DNA from: Octopus vulgaris
Taxonomy: Eukaryota
Reading direction: 5' to 3'
DNA length: 64,000 nt
Assembly: GCA_951406725.2 (NCBI GenBank)
Contig: OX597818.1
Coordinates: 10,354,001 to 10,418,000 of the forward strand
Below the pieces are notes generated by a model. It saw only the letters and a list, made by a program, of their open reading frames with translations. It made no database searches and had not been told where the DNA came from. Made by a program: the position numbers and the translations under genes. This document shows, piece by piece, positions 37,155 through 49,739 of the stretch (position 1 is the stretch's first letter; every line of letters starts with the position of its first letter).

Positions 37155-37520
37155 GGTGCGAGGGGCATTTGAAGACACTTTCGATATACAATAAAACAAC
37201 AAATTTCAGCATAAATAAATATGTATTTGAATAAACATTTGTGCAATTAGTTTTGATAATTATATTTTTTAGCAAATTATACTACGAAACCGCCTTCGGC
37301 TTCGATGACTGCTTCGATGTAGGACCGAAACCTCTGGCATGCCGATACTATATGGTTCTTATTCATTTCGGACATCACCTGGACAATGGCGGCCTTCAGT
37401 GAAGCTATGGTATTATGAGGATGACGATTAGTCTCCCTTTCAGCAACGCTTCACACGTAGTACTCCTTGAGATTCAAATCTGGCGAGTTTAGAGGTCATA
37501 TATTGGATGTTACATTATAT
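37152..37520 (-). pseudogene. maT/DD37D-like transposon 3' end with TIR
   Basis: NI*PLNSPDLNLKEYYV*SVAERETNRHPHNTIASLKAAI..SACQRFRSYIEAVIEAEGGFVV*; terminus TA-CAGGGTG at 37150. Confidence 0.85.
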
Positions 37521-38131
37521 ATATATAATAATTTCTAAGCATGTCTCTACAGAATTTTTACAGAATCTTGAGCAGCACTGAAAGTTAGGACGTTTCGTAT
37601 ACGAATACGTCTATGTAAATAATGCAATCGAAGACAGAAAGATAAGTAATTGGTTCGAAGACAGAAACATAAGTAATTGGTGTATATGCTTATTTCAGAA
37701 GTTATTGCACATTCTTCAGCCCCACATCTAACCTATTAACGATCTATGAATACATTGCTTAAATAGCCGCTAAGTTTAGCGGTGTAATACTGTTGGGTAG
37801 ATGAACTTTACATATGAAGCACATTACTGACAACTGGTATGTACATATTAATTACTGGTAGGGACCAATTTTTTTTATCATTCGATTGCATTATTTATAT
37901 AGATTTATTCGTATACAAAAGGTCGTAAGTTTTAGGTCTGACTCTAAATTCAATAGAAAATCTGTAGAGATACACTTAGAAAATAAAAAATGAAAACAAC
38001 GCACTACTAACACAAAGTCGGACATAGCAAAGAGTTATAAACCTTTAATATAAGTGGTAGTGCGTTATTCTTGCAAAGCGAAATACGGTTTCCCTACCAG
38101 CAATTAATATGTGCGTGTGTGTATGTGTGTA

Positions 38132-38234
<103 letters not shown>

Positions 38235-38313
38235 TTTATTTAACGAACTAGTTTGCAAGTTACAAAACCAGTGGCTGTTTGACACTGTTTTCTTATATAT
38301 TGCGAGCTGGGTT

Positions 38314-38394
38314 AGACTACCGCTATGTCGGTCAGACGAATGTCCATCACAGAGGATGATTAAATGAAATAGAAATCACGTGATACGGTGGTCT
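38314..38394 (+). other. Hammerhead-like fold with non-canonical core
   Basis: 9-bp stem AGACUACCG/CGGUGGUCU; GAA-AUCACGUGAU-A palindromic stem III; CUAUGUC where CUGANGA is expected. Confidence 0.35.
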
Positions 38395-38546
38395 CCGGGC
38401 TAGGATAGTAGGGGGTTCTCGCCTGCTTGCAATATATGTCGAGTACGAAGCGCACTAAACAGCCAGCTAGACGAGGCGTCCTACCGAGGTTGAAATAGCA
38501 GTATCGACTGTTCTTATCAAACACCCACATTTAGGTGGTGATAAAC

Positions 38547-38584
<38 letters not shown>

Positions 38585-39959
38585 CAAACATACACACATA
38601 CACATCTGCTACAACATGTACTGTACACTCATTTCTCATTCGTTCGACCTTAATATCTTGCGCTCGCGCATGTGTGTGTGTAAACTAAATATTGCATAAC
38701 GATCGCGTTTTAAGACTTAAATCGATTATATATATACCGTAGCAATTCTCAACTACCTTTTCTCAACTCGTGTTGCACTGATGATCAAATATAAAATATT
38801 ATGGCATACTTTTTTTAAAAAGGAATATACTTTTAAATTAATTATTGCTAAAATGTATTGCCTTGTTTTATGAATTTCATTTCAGTGTAACAAAATAATA
38901 AATAACACGATTTTTAAGTTGCTGAAATATTATTGTAGATTTTTCAAAGCTTTTGATTATATTTGTAAAATTCTGCGGTGCACTAATTCCAGACTACTGA
39001 TATAACTAAGAAACCCGTTAATAATATAGTCAACGATACCTGCAAGAATAACAGCATCGTTACAGGTATACAGAGATAGATACAGAGGGAGAGAGATCAC
39101 CTGTTTCAGTCATTGGACTGCCGCCGTGATGGGGCACTGCCTTGAAGAATTTTAGTCAAACGAATAGACACTAGTACTTAATTCTTATGTTTACTTTACC
39201 GAGCTACTTAATTACGGGGATGTAAACACACGAACACCGGTTGTCAAATGGTGGCAAGTACAAACAGACTCACATGCGCGCGCGCGCGTGTGTGTGTGCC
39301 TTTCACGTTTATATTCATAATCTAAATGTACCGGCTCCGACTGTAAACATATATGACAAATACGCGCATACCACTACACTGGTTTTAACATTCATTTTTA
39401 AATTGTTTTTAACAAAACCTGACTATAGTTTTTGCCGGTCAACTGTTTCCGATAAATTAAATTTTATTCGATTATACGTATTCTAATTAAAAGATTATCG
39501 AACATCTTTAAAATCGAAAGGACACATTGTATGGTGTAGATACAAACCGGAAAAAGATGGTATAATCTTGACTGGAACACCGTTGGTCACAGCTGGATTA
39601 TTACAAACAACACATTTAATCAAGCCATCGAGGAAGACTTTATGCGATTGCTCCATCTCCAAGGAATAGCAGTCAAATTCACTCAGGTCACCTCCTACCG
39701 TATTTACAAATGAAAGGAAGGGTACATAGAGCAATGTTGTTTTAAATACGGACACAAATCGAGGTGGTGGCCCTGGATTGAATGCCTTCTATCAGAGGTG
39801 TATGTTCGATCAAGCCGAACTGAACTAATCGATATCATGTTCGTCATCATCATCGTCGTTGACATCATCATTATCAAATCATTATCATCATCGACATCGT
39901 CATCATCATATCATCAGTGTTATCGTTATCCTCATTGTAATCACTATTAGCCACAACTA

Positions 39960-39988
39960 CTACTACAATCACTGCTGTAGCTGTTGCT

Positions 39989-40034
<46 letters not shown>

Positions 40035-40638
40035 GTGGTGGTTGTGGTGGTGGTGGTGGTGATGATGATGATGATGATCACGGTGATCACTACGACCATA
40101 GTCATGATGATCGTGATCAGGATGACGATCATGATACATTAGTGTAATAATTTTCATGGTGAGTAAACAAATCAAAAGAATTTTAAACGTGTGTGTAAAG
40201 GTTCGTTTCATGCTGCATGACTCTCAAACATCTAAAGTTTATCTTATGTGATTCAGCGACTGCTTTATAGCAGAGCATATGATCACTTGCCTTGCTTTAA
40301 CCGTATGTGGTCACCGTCAGCCCCACCACCACCACTCTACCGACTCTCCCGCCTCCTCTATTACCTGCTTTGTAGCGGCACAATCCAAATAGGTTGAGAT
40401 CACGGAAAATTGACTGCAGAATTGGCCGCAGAACCGTTTCTCGTTTTTAAGGGTTGCTTCACATGTCTTTGATATATGCTGTAATAATTGCGTCTCGAGC
40501 ATGAAGAACTTCTGCAGAATCCGTTACGAAACGTATTCACCCATGTATCCCCATCCATATGTATGGCATGTAATTTGCGTATGAGCTTGGCTTGGAATGT
40601 GTGTGTGTGTGTGTGTGTGTGTGCATGTACGTGCGTGC

Positions 40639-40676
<38 letters not shown>

Positions 40677-40778
40677 GTGTGTAAGTGTGTGTATGTATGA
40701 ATGTACATATCCTTGGGTGAGAATATATATATATACGCGTCGTAGCCTGAACATGTCTTTGTTCTTGAAGAAGTGTTT

Positions 40779-40838
<60 letters not shown>

Positions 40839-40973
40839 GTGTGTATGTGTGTGTTCGTGTGTTCGTGTGTGTTTGCGTGTGTATAAGGGCATGTTTCTAG
40901 TATGTGTCTAGTTGCCTAAGATGAAGCGCAAGTATATACAGGTATGCGTGTGTGAAATGATGCATAGTTATGC

Positions 40974-41020
<47 letters not shown>

Positions 41021-41238
41021 CCCTCGAGTCAGAATATATATGTGTATTCAATTGTGAGAGTGTATAAACTGAGTTGTAGAGTCCGCGCGTGTTTCTACGT
41101 GATTATGTGTGCGTGTGAAAGTGAAAGAAAGAGAGAAAAGGGGAGTCAGTTTTCAATTTCGTTATGACATCATCATAGTAATAATATATCATAGCTTCAG
41201 TTTATTGATTCCTATCACAGTCACCAAGCTGTTGTTGC

Positions 41239-41270
<32 letters not shown>

Positions 41271-41430
41271 TCTTCTTCTTTTTCTTCTTATCCTTTTTCT
41301 TTTTCTTCTTTTTCTTCTTATCCTTCTTCTTTTTCTTCTTTTTCTTCTTCTTCTTGATGATGAAGATGATGATGATGATGATGATAATGATGATGATGAC
41401 GACGACGACGACGATGATGATGATGATGAT
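39960..41430. repeat. Compound microsatellites (GCT/GAT/GGT; TG/TA; GTT/CTT/GAT) with unique spacers
   Basis: Seen directly; poly-H/Q/K/S ORFs derive from these. Confidence 0.85.
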
Positions 41431-41747
41431 GTGGGACATCCCCAGTAGTGCAGGCCTAGGAGTGACAGCTTTCCAACCATGAGCTTGTCAAATGTAAGGG
41501 CTCTAACACTACATTATCCACAGTAGTATTTTTTTAGTTTATTTACTTTGTTTGTCTACAGATGTATTCTGCTTTCAATTTCTTGCAGTTGAATAAGTCC
41601 TTGTGGTTGGTGATGATAAGGAGGAGGCGGGGGAGTTGACCATGATAAAGCGGTACTGTTGAAAGAGCTCCACTACTCCATTTACTCACTTTTATTTTAT
41701 CGGCATCTATTTAGCCCAAACTCTAAGTTACAGGAACGGAAAGGTAA

Positions 41748-41789
<42 letters not shown>

Positions 41790-41790
<1 letters not shown>

Positions 41791-42226
41791 GATATAGTGT
41801 ATATTTAAACACATAAGGAATCCACTTATAGGAATTCAACACTCTAGAAAGTACAGCTAGGTTCTATAACCACAAAAATCAGGGATAAAATTCGACAGGA
41901 ACGAAATGAAAAATAAAAAACATTTTACCATCTAATTTCCTAGACCAATTGGTTTCTGATTTTAGTTTAGCGAGTCAAGGAACTCGCCAGGTGCAATTTT
42001 CTTCAGCAGGACCACCTAGGGTTAAACGTATACACACGGGGCGATTAAAACTACTTCCCCTGTGTCTATACGTCCTAACTTTTTCAAAATCTACTGCTCA
42101 GCCGCAGTCCTTCGTTCCTGTTAAATTTTATCCTTAATTTTTGTGGTTATAGAACCTAGCTGTTCTTTCTAGCGTGTTGAATTCCTATAAGTGGATTCCT
42201 TTTGAGTTTAAATACACACTATATCG
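41790..42226 (-). mobile_element. Non-coding element with about 115-bp inverted arms and an internal hammerhead
   Basis: 41790-41905 is inverted at 42111-42226; the arm is the sequence 3' of the ribozyme. Confidence 0.8.
41938..42011 (-). ncRNA. Type I hammerhead ribozyme motif with extended stem II
   Basis: UCCUG-CUGAAGA-[..UGGCGAGU(UCCUUG)ACUCGCUA..]-GAA-ACCAAUUGGU-C-UAGGA; palindromic stem III, GUC triplet. Confidence 0.7.
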
Positions 42227-42598
42227 TATGAATAATATATAGACTTTTAGACTAAATTTTTTACACGCTAGACCACTGGAAATGTAAATCTTAATTAATT
42301 TCCATTTCCCTTTGATATGATTATAAAGAGACGATTCCATGTCATCAGCGTCACTTCGGGTTCATCACAGATTTCGCGCAAGACACATGCTTGCTCGAAG
42401 AATTTCACGTTTTTCCGCAATAATTCTATTTCCGAATGGCTTATTATTTTTTTTTATATCTAGCACTATGTCTTTCTCTATTTCTAAGTTGAGGGTAGAA
42501 ATTAAATCAGTTTGCAAATATACGTTCACTTTACTAAATTTATACTCGGGCTAATCCCGAACAGTCCGAGTGCAAGAGTTGATATATATATATATATA

Positions 42599-42925
42599 TC
42601 TTTATATATAAAACTGTAGTTCTGTGAGTGTCTGTCCCCTTCGATTTAGATTCCTAACTACTCCCACATTTTGCGGTGCAGTTTAACCAAAACCGGGTAT
42701 CTTATAGTCGTGATTCATATCGAGCCCTTCTGGGTATTAGCGCTTGTCTACGATGAGTCTACGATTTTAAAAATAATTTACCATCATTTTTTTCCATTTT
42801 CATGCATATTTTTTTAAAGGGAAGTAACTCTCTAAAAATGTCTACGATGAGTCAACGATTTAAAAAGAAATTTACCATCATATTTTTTCCATTTCTAATG
42901 CATTTTTTTTGCTATTTTTTGGCTA
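42599..42925 (+). mobile_element. Non-autonomous Helitron, 3'-truncated
   Basis: A|TCtttatatataaa start; shares accatcatttttttccattt and aactctctaaaaatg with the complete Helitron at 56061; internal tandem duplication. Confidence 0.6.
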
Positions 42926-43009
42926 TGTTTGTATGTATGTATGTATATATGTATGTATGTACGTACGTACGTATGTATGTATGTATTTATGTATGCATGT
43001 GTGTATATT

Positions 43010-43427
43010 CTTTTATTCTTTTAGTCTTTTACTTGTTTCAGTCATTTGAGTGCGGCCATGCTATGCTGGAGCACCACCTTTAGTCAAACAAATCGACCCC
43101 AGGACTTGTTCTTTGTAAGCCTAGTACTTATTCCATCGGTCCCTTTTGTCGAACTGCTAAGTTACGGGTGTGTGAACACACCAACATCGGTTGTCAAGCG
43201 ATAATGGGGGACAAACACAGACACACAAACACACACACACATACATACATACGTATATATATATACACGATAGGCTTCTTTCAGTTCCGATCTATCAAAT
43301 CTACTCACAAGGCTTTGGTCGGACCGAGGCTATAGTAGAAGAGACTTGACCAAGGTTCCACGCAGCGGGACTGAACCCGGAACCATGTGGTTGGGAAGCT
43401 TCTCACCACACAGCAACTCCTGCGCCT
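43010..43427 (-). mobile_element. SINE family A
   Basis: Near full-length, well-conserved copy. Confidence 0.9.
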
Positions 43428-43434
43428 ATATATT

Positions 43435-43478
<44 letters not shown>

Positions 43479-44350
43479 TGTGTTTGCGTGTATAGGTATA
43501 TATTTATGTATGTCTACATTTGTATGTAGGTACGTATGCATGTGTGTATAACGGAGTGAGATAAGCACAAACATACACCCGCACATACACTCGTATATAT
43601 ATTTCTACGTAACTTACGTATGTGCCCAAAAGTCTTGCATGGTCCTGATCTCAGAGTAGCTTCTGACATGAATTTAAAGAAAAAAATATACTGCATAACA
43701 TTCAAGATAAATTTCCTAGTTTTTCAAACTAGAATATCTTCGCTTCGAGAGAATGTACACAAGTGCCTAACACCGATTGCCGCTAACGTACTTGTATCTG
43801 TGAATGTGTGGTTTGTGCATTTGTTCATGTACACACACGCACACGCTTATACATATGCGTGTATGTGTATTTATTTATTTATTTACACACACACACACAC
43901 GTGACTAGCCACCGATTGCTAGCCTCTTCGTGGCCAGCAGCCGTTGCGGCAAGACACTTTTTTTTTTCTCTCTGTAGCTCTAAGGCATTTTTCTAACGCC
44001 AGCTCAAAAATTTACTCGCCCTGTTGAAAAGACGCTTGTCTGTGACGTCCTATTTTTGTTGTTATTATTATTATCATTATTGTTTTTACGTATTTTTGTA
44101 TTCTTATTCGTGTTATCATTATTGTTTTTACGTATTTTTGTATTTTTATTCGTGTAACATCGTCCGGTTTTCCGTCCTTGTTTTGTATACATTCGAGGCT
44201 TTCTTTCAAGGAATCTAATGCGTTTGGCTTAGATTTTCCTTTGGGGGTGGCCAGATCGGAGCAATCTCAAGATTAATCAGCCGAAATTGCGAAGATGTAT
44301 CGTCTTCTAAATGTTTCACGTTCTTGTCCCAGTTTGTATTTTTTTACATT

Positions 44351-44471
<121 letters not shown>

Positions 44472-44505
44472 ATAGAGAGAGAGACAGAGATAAATAGATG
44501 GTATA

Positions 44506-45084
44506 CACACATGCAAGAAGTAAATAGACACCTTTAATTTTCAAAATCTTTTATTTGATATTAATTGCTTAAAGGAGAGGTTTTCTTCTAGCTGCTCGTC
44601 CATAATACCCAAGATTATGCAAATATATAACACACGTTTTGGGACTAACTTCTAGCTGTTTTGCAATGTCAGAAGCTGTCGAACGGGGTTCGTTTTCCAC
44701 AATTCTCTTCAAACAGCGAAGCTTCCTTTCCGAGAACCCAGGTTGGCCGGCACGAGAATCTGTTGATTCTTTTCCTTGGCTTTTGAATCGCACTATAATT
44801 CTATTAAGAGTAGCAAGAGGAATTTTAAGATTTTCGGCAATTTTTCGCTGGCTAAGATCAGCCTCAGATTGCCCAACAATACGACCCCTTGGAAAATCTG
44901 ACAGCTGTGCTGAATTTTTTGTGCGTAGCATACTTACACTTCGCACTTGTTTAATAGAATGGCACCTTGAAACCTGGAATGAAAAAGAATAATTGTAAAT
45001 TCTACACCGCTGAAAACATATTAAGACGCTTAGAGCAGAAATTTTAAAAACTAAAGGTGTATATTTACTTCCTGCATCTCTGTG
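44506..45084 (-). mobile_element. Internally deleted Tc1-like transposon
   Basis: About 40-bp imperfect TIRs (cacacatgcaagaagtaaatagacaccttta / taaaggtgtatatttacttcctgcatctctgtg) flanked by TA. Confidence 0.85.
44569..44931 (-). CDS. Truncated Tc1 transposase: N-terminal HTH DNA-binding region only (120 aa from ATG)
   Basis: LSDFPRGRIVG..SQRKIAENLKIP..RAGQP..RIVENEPRSTASDIA..LHNLGYYGRAARRKPLL*; open frame, no DDE domain. Confidence 0.65.
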   Translation of the reverse strand: MLRTKNSAQLSDFPRGRIVGQSEADLSQRKIAENLKIPLATLNRIIVRFKSQGKESTDSRAGQPGFSERKLRCLKRIVENEPRSTASDIAKQLEVSPKTCVIYLHNLGYYGRAARRKPLL

Positions 45085-45088
45085 TATC

Positions 45089-45127
<39 letters not shown>

Positions 45128-45261
45128 TGAGAGGTATTGGTGTTAAGAAGACCCAAAGGTATCAGGTAATGTTGAGTGCTATGGACAGACAATAGTTAAG
45201 CTCCAAGTTCGATAATGATACGAATGAGGAGTCCAATGTAGATCGTGTATTAGCAACCATG

Positions 45262-45529
45262 TATATAAAAATTAACAAAATGAGATAAAACTTATATATA
45301 CACCATTCTGCTTAAATAATGGTACTGAAAATACAGTATCTGTACGTATATCACGTCTGTTTTTATTCTCCCACTTCACTTTGTATTTCATATCTTCTTA
45401 AACATTTTCTTGCACCGTCTCTGATGAAGAGATATATAAAATATCCCGGAAACAGCTGTAAGACCTTCTCTTTATAAATGTTCTGGAAAGTATTCAGAGC
45501 CTTGGATTTTTTTTTATCTCATTCTGTTA

Positions 45530-45540
<11 letters not shown>
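45262..45540 (+). mobile_element. Non-coding Penelope-like element with hammerhead and inverted tail copy
   Basis: tatataaaaattaacaaaatgagataaaa (45262-45290) is inverted at about 45512-45538. Confidence 0.7.
45417..45464 (+). ncRNA. Minimal type I hammerhead ribozyme motif
   Basis: GUCU-CUGAUGA-AGAGAUAU(AUAAA)AUAUCCCG-GAA-ACAGCUGU-A-AGAC; palindromic stem III, GUA triplet. Confidence 0.78.
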
Positions 45541-45569
<29 letters not shown>

Positions 45570-45984
45570 AACAGAATAATTTCGGCGACACAGTATCTAC
45601 GTACCCTTATCATGTGACCTGAACATCCAACACTGTTACAAAAAAACATAAATACATATGTGAATGAATCAATAAATACAATAAAATAACCATGTTGCAA
45701 TCTGCTTGTATTAAGAAGGATCGCCATGGTATCGGCACTGAGCAGCCAAATTGGATATTGTAACCTAAAAGACATCTAATCAGTCTTGGAATTAATATCT
45801 TCTAATATATTCTGGTTATAATATTTGTCTATAAATCACTCATACATGCACACATACAAACATACACACAGACATGTGTATATATGTGTATGTGTATGTA
45901 TAATGATGTAAAGAATATCTGTGTATCTGTGTATATAGATAAATATCAGATAATGTATATCTATACATGTATATGTATATATAC

Positions 45985-46109
<125 letters not shown>

Positions 46110-46690
46110 TATGTGTGGGTCGTTTCATAGATCGTTTAATTGCGTTATCTGTCGAAGTGCGTAACGCCGCCGATTACCTCGACACCCGAGATCGCTGACT
46201 AAAGCGGCAGCTCGGGTGCATCGATCCTCGTTTAATATTTGTAACGCGACAAATGAGAAGGCCGTCCCTCGTGCGATATGTTGTTCACAACAGATAGGAA
46301 TTATAGGCTCGGCGACAGAGGTTGCAGTGATTACGCTTTCCACCTCATTCCGATTAAATGGTGGAGATGGTATTGAAAACTGTTTGAATATCCTGATACA
46401 TGCGTGTGCAAATGAGTATTAATATCTAGTTGAATATCAGAGATCTGTTTGTATGTGCATATATACATATATACTTATTTATAAATATATAATGATGTGT
46501 GTGTGTGTGTTTGTATGTATGCATGTAGACATATATTTCTTTTATTCTTTTACTTGTTTCAGTCATTTGACAGCGACCGTGCTGGAGCACCGCCTTGAAC
46601 ACACTCACACACATATATATATATTCATACACAAACACACACACACATATATACGGAAAGGAAGAGAGAGAGATAGACATATGTAATATG

Positions 46691-46742
<52 letters not shown>

Positions 46743-46796
46743 CGTTTAAATATTTGTTGTGCAAGATTTTTTATGTGAAGTCGTGTGTTGAAACAG

Positions 46797-46928
46797 ATAT
46801 TGTTATATTTCGGAATGGTCATATTGCCAGTTTAGCCAATCACTGCAGCAAAATAACACCAAATATATAGTGCGTGTGTTTTTATTGGCTAAACTGGCAA
46901 TATAACCATTCCGAAATATAACAATATA
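46797..46928. repeat. Inverted repeat, about 44-bp arms, in a (TA)n context
   Basis: atattgttatatttcggaatggtcatattgccagtttagccaat / attggctaaactggcaatataaccattccgaaatataacaatat. Confidence 0.85.
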
Positions 46929-46947
46929 TATATATATTTATATATAT

Positions 46948-47014
<67 letters not shown>

Positions 47015-47114
47015 TATTCATTTATTTAGTTCAATGTACATATGTATATGTGTTTGTAAATGTGTGTGCGGTGTGGTGTGGTGTGTATGTATGCATGTGT
47101 TGTGGCTGTTGTTG

Positions 47115-47335
47115 TTAAAGTAGCGAGTTGTCAGAATCGTTATGACGCTCAGCAAGATGCTCACCAGTATTTCGTCCGTCTTCTCACTCAGAGTTCAAAT
47201 TCCACCGTCTCCGACTTTACCTTTCAATCCATCGGGGTCGATAATAAGTACCAGTTGAACAGTGGGCTCAATATGATCTACTTACTTACTTCCCCGTACT
47301 TACAGGCCGAGTGCCAAGATGTGAAACCATTATTA
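47115..47335 (+). mobile_element. SINE family B
   Basis: gcgagttgtcagaatcgtt..gagttcaaattccacc..ggggtcgataataagtaccagttg. Confidence 0.8.
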
Positions 47336-47529
47336 TTATGGGACTTGTGTAAAAATAATTGCAGTCTTTGTTAATAATTTTTAAGCTAGTTTTGGAATGA
47401 GCTTTTATTGAACTGTGCGTGCAACATATATTTTGCAGTACAAGCTATCTTTCTACTGATTTATGTTAATGGTTTTGCTTTCCTTTCACAATTAATTCTT
47501 GTTTATTTTAAGTTTGTAAATTAAAGACA

Positions 47530-47890
47530 GAAAAAGAAAAACGAATACTGGCGATTTTATGATATTAGTTGAAAATGAAACGCAGACCTGCGGAAAGTGC
47601 TTGCAATATCAACCAGTCATCTAGTCAGGGAAATTCCAGCGTACTTACACCTCAATGTCGCTTTCAAAAATTTGTTTTGATCAGTACGATGAGCACCACA
47701 TTATTGTTGTGAAACCACACAAAGCAACACGGGAGATTGTAGAATGGCTGAAAATTGGCCATTCCACATCTATCTATCGGTTGTACCAAACTGAAAAGTC
47801 TAATATACTCGACAAATGAGTTTTCGCATGGGGTGAGCTAAAATTTTAAATACCGCTTTTATGGAGTCTGCTCTGCGTTTCTTTTGAGTG
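47530..47890 (+). pseudogene. Decayed mariner transposase N-terminal fragment
   Basis: AESACNINQ..QCRFQKF..KPHKATREIVEWLKIGHST..LYQTEKSNILDK*V resembles the mariner AETARNIN..TTREIAEELNV.HST..KLDKWVPHEL region. Confidence 0.65.
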
Positions 47891-47924
47891 GTGACGATGA
47901 TCCTCGTGGCATGAATGTTATTCT

Positions 47925-48340
47925 TTTATTCTTTTATTCCTTTTACTTCTTTCAGTCATTTTGACTGCTGCCATACTGGACTACCGACTTTAGTAGAGCA
48001 AATCGACCTCAGGACTTATTCTTTGTAAGCCTAGCACTTATTCTATCGTTCTTTTGCCAAACCGCTACGTTACGAGACGTAAACGTGCCAACATCAGTTG
48101 TCAAGCGATGTTAGTGGTACAAACACAGACACACAAACATATACACATGCATACATATATATATATATATGTGTGTGTGTGTATACGACAGGCTTCGTTC
48201 AGCTTCCGCCTACCAAATCCACTCACAAAGCTTTGGTCGACCCGAGGCTATAGTAGAAGACACTTGCCCAAGGTGCCACACAGTGGAACTGAACCCGGAA
48301 CTGGCTGGTAAGCAAGCTAATTACCACACAGCCACTCCAT
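47925..48340 (-). mobile_element. SINE family A
   Basis: Near full-length copy. Confidence 0.9.
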
Positions 48341-49459
48341 AGAAATTATTCCTCTTAGCGGCTACCCCGAGGCGAAGCACTACAGATCTTTTCCAAACCC
48401 CAGCCGCATTCGTCGAGTTTACAAGGCCAGGCATGTTTTGCAAAGCATTTTGCAGAAATTAAATGAATTGGCTTCTTTTACCGAAATTACACAACAAATT
48501 TCTTTCCAATCAACCTCTACTTTTTCAAGGTCCCTAGTGTCTTCCCGCGACAGAAGACCTTCAACAACGGAGTAACGGCTCAAAACAACTCCCCAGAATT
48601 CATTAGTTTCAGAACTCTAGAATTCTTTACTACCAGAATAACTACACTTGCTTATTGCTGACAAAAAAAAGTAAAAAGTAAAAACGTATAAATTTAGAAG
48701 AGCTATTATTTTGATTTTGATTAATATAATTGTTCTAACCTTTACATAGGTAAATTTCTATTTTTGCACCAGCCTGGGAGATAGTTCATAGTTCTCATAA
48801 ATTAAGAATAAAGAAAAGCAATTCAATATATTAAAGTGTTAGAAGAAAAAGACAATCAGATGTTTTACTTTGGTGGTAAGGGACAACAATGAACACGAAC
48901 CTCTACCTCAATATGCGTCATAAGCATAGTCCTTCTCGTCTCCGAAGAAATTTAGGTCTCTAAATATATACAGAATAAGTTGAGAACAGTTTTGTCCATA
49001 GTAAATTTACATAAGTTATACAATAAGGAGCTAGACAAAATAACGCAAAGTGACCAGTGGTATGAATTTAGATAACAAAGTTATTGGTGGGTTGCCGAAT
49101 AAATTAAATTTTATGCGAGCTATGATGCGGTCTGATGATAGTATATACTCCTGCCATTATTTGCTTTCTTTCTGTGCTGCGGTGTGGCAGAAGTGGAATA
49201 AGTTTTAGTAACTACAATTGCCTCAGATGGTGATCAGATTGTGGGTGTTGTTTATAGTACATTTTTTGTTGTTATAATGATTCTGGTTTTATGGTATTGC
49301 TGTCGTTAGTGGTACAACGGATGTTCGACTGATTCTTTGTGTTAGTAATATTGTCGATGTAATTGTTGCTATTGTTGTTGCTGTTGTTGCTTTTGTTGTA
49401 CAGGTCAATCCTGTGTATAGAGAATAAAAACGCTCTTGAAAGTGACCATTCTCTCTCTC

Positions 49460-49492
<33 letters not shown>

Positions 49493-49739
49493 TGCTCTCC
49501 CCAGAACTCTGAATGATGTCTACGACATTATTATGCCTTCCATGTTTTTAACAAGACAGTGCAATGTGAAAGTATTTAGCTGTTATTTCTAACAGATGAA
49601 GTAACTGTGTTGACGCTCATGTGCTAGTTGTTGTTTTAGTAGTTCTTTTGATGTGTTCAGCCCCAGTCAGCGCTAAGAGAACAAACTATAATCGAAGCCA
49701 TTCCGCTCGTCAACACCAGATCTCTTTTCTCCATATAAA

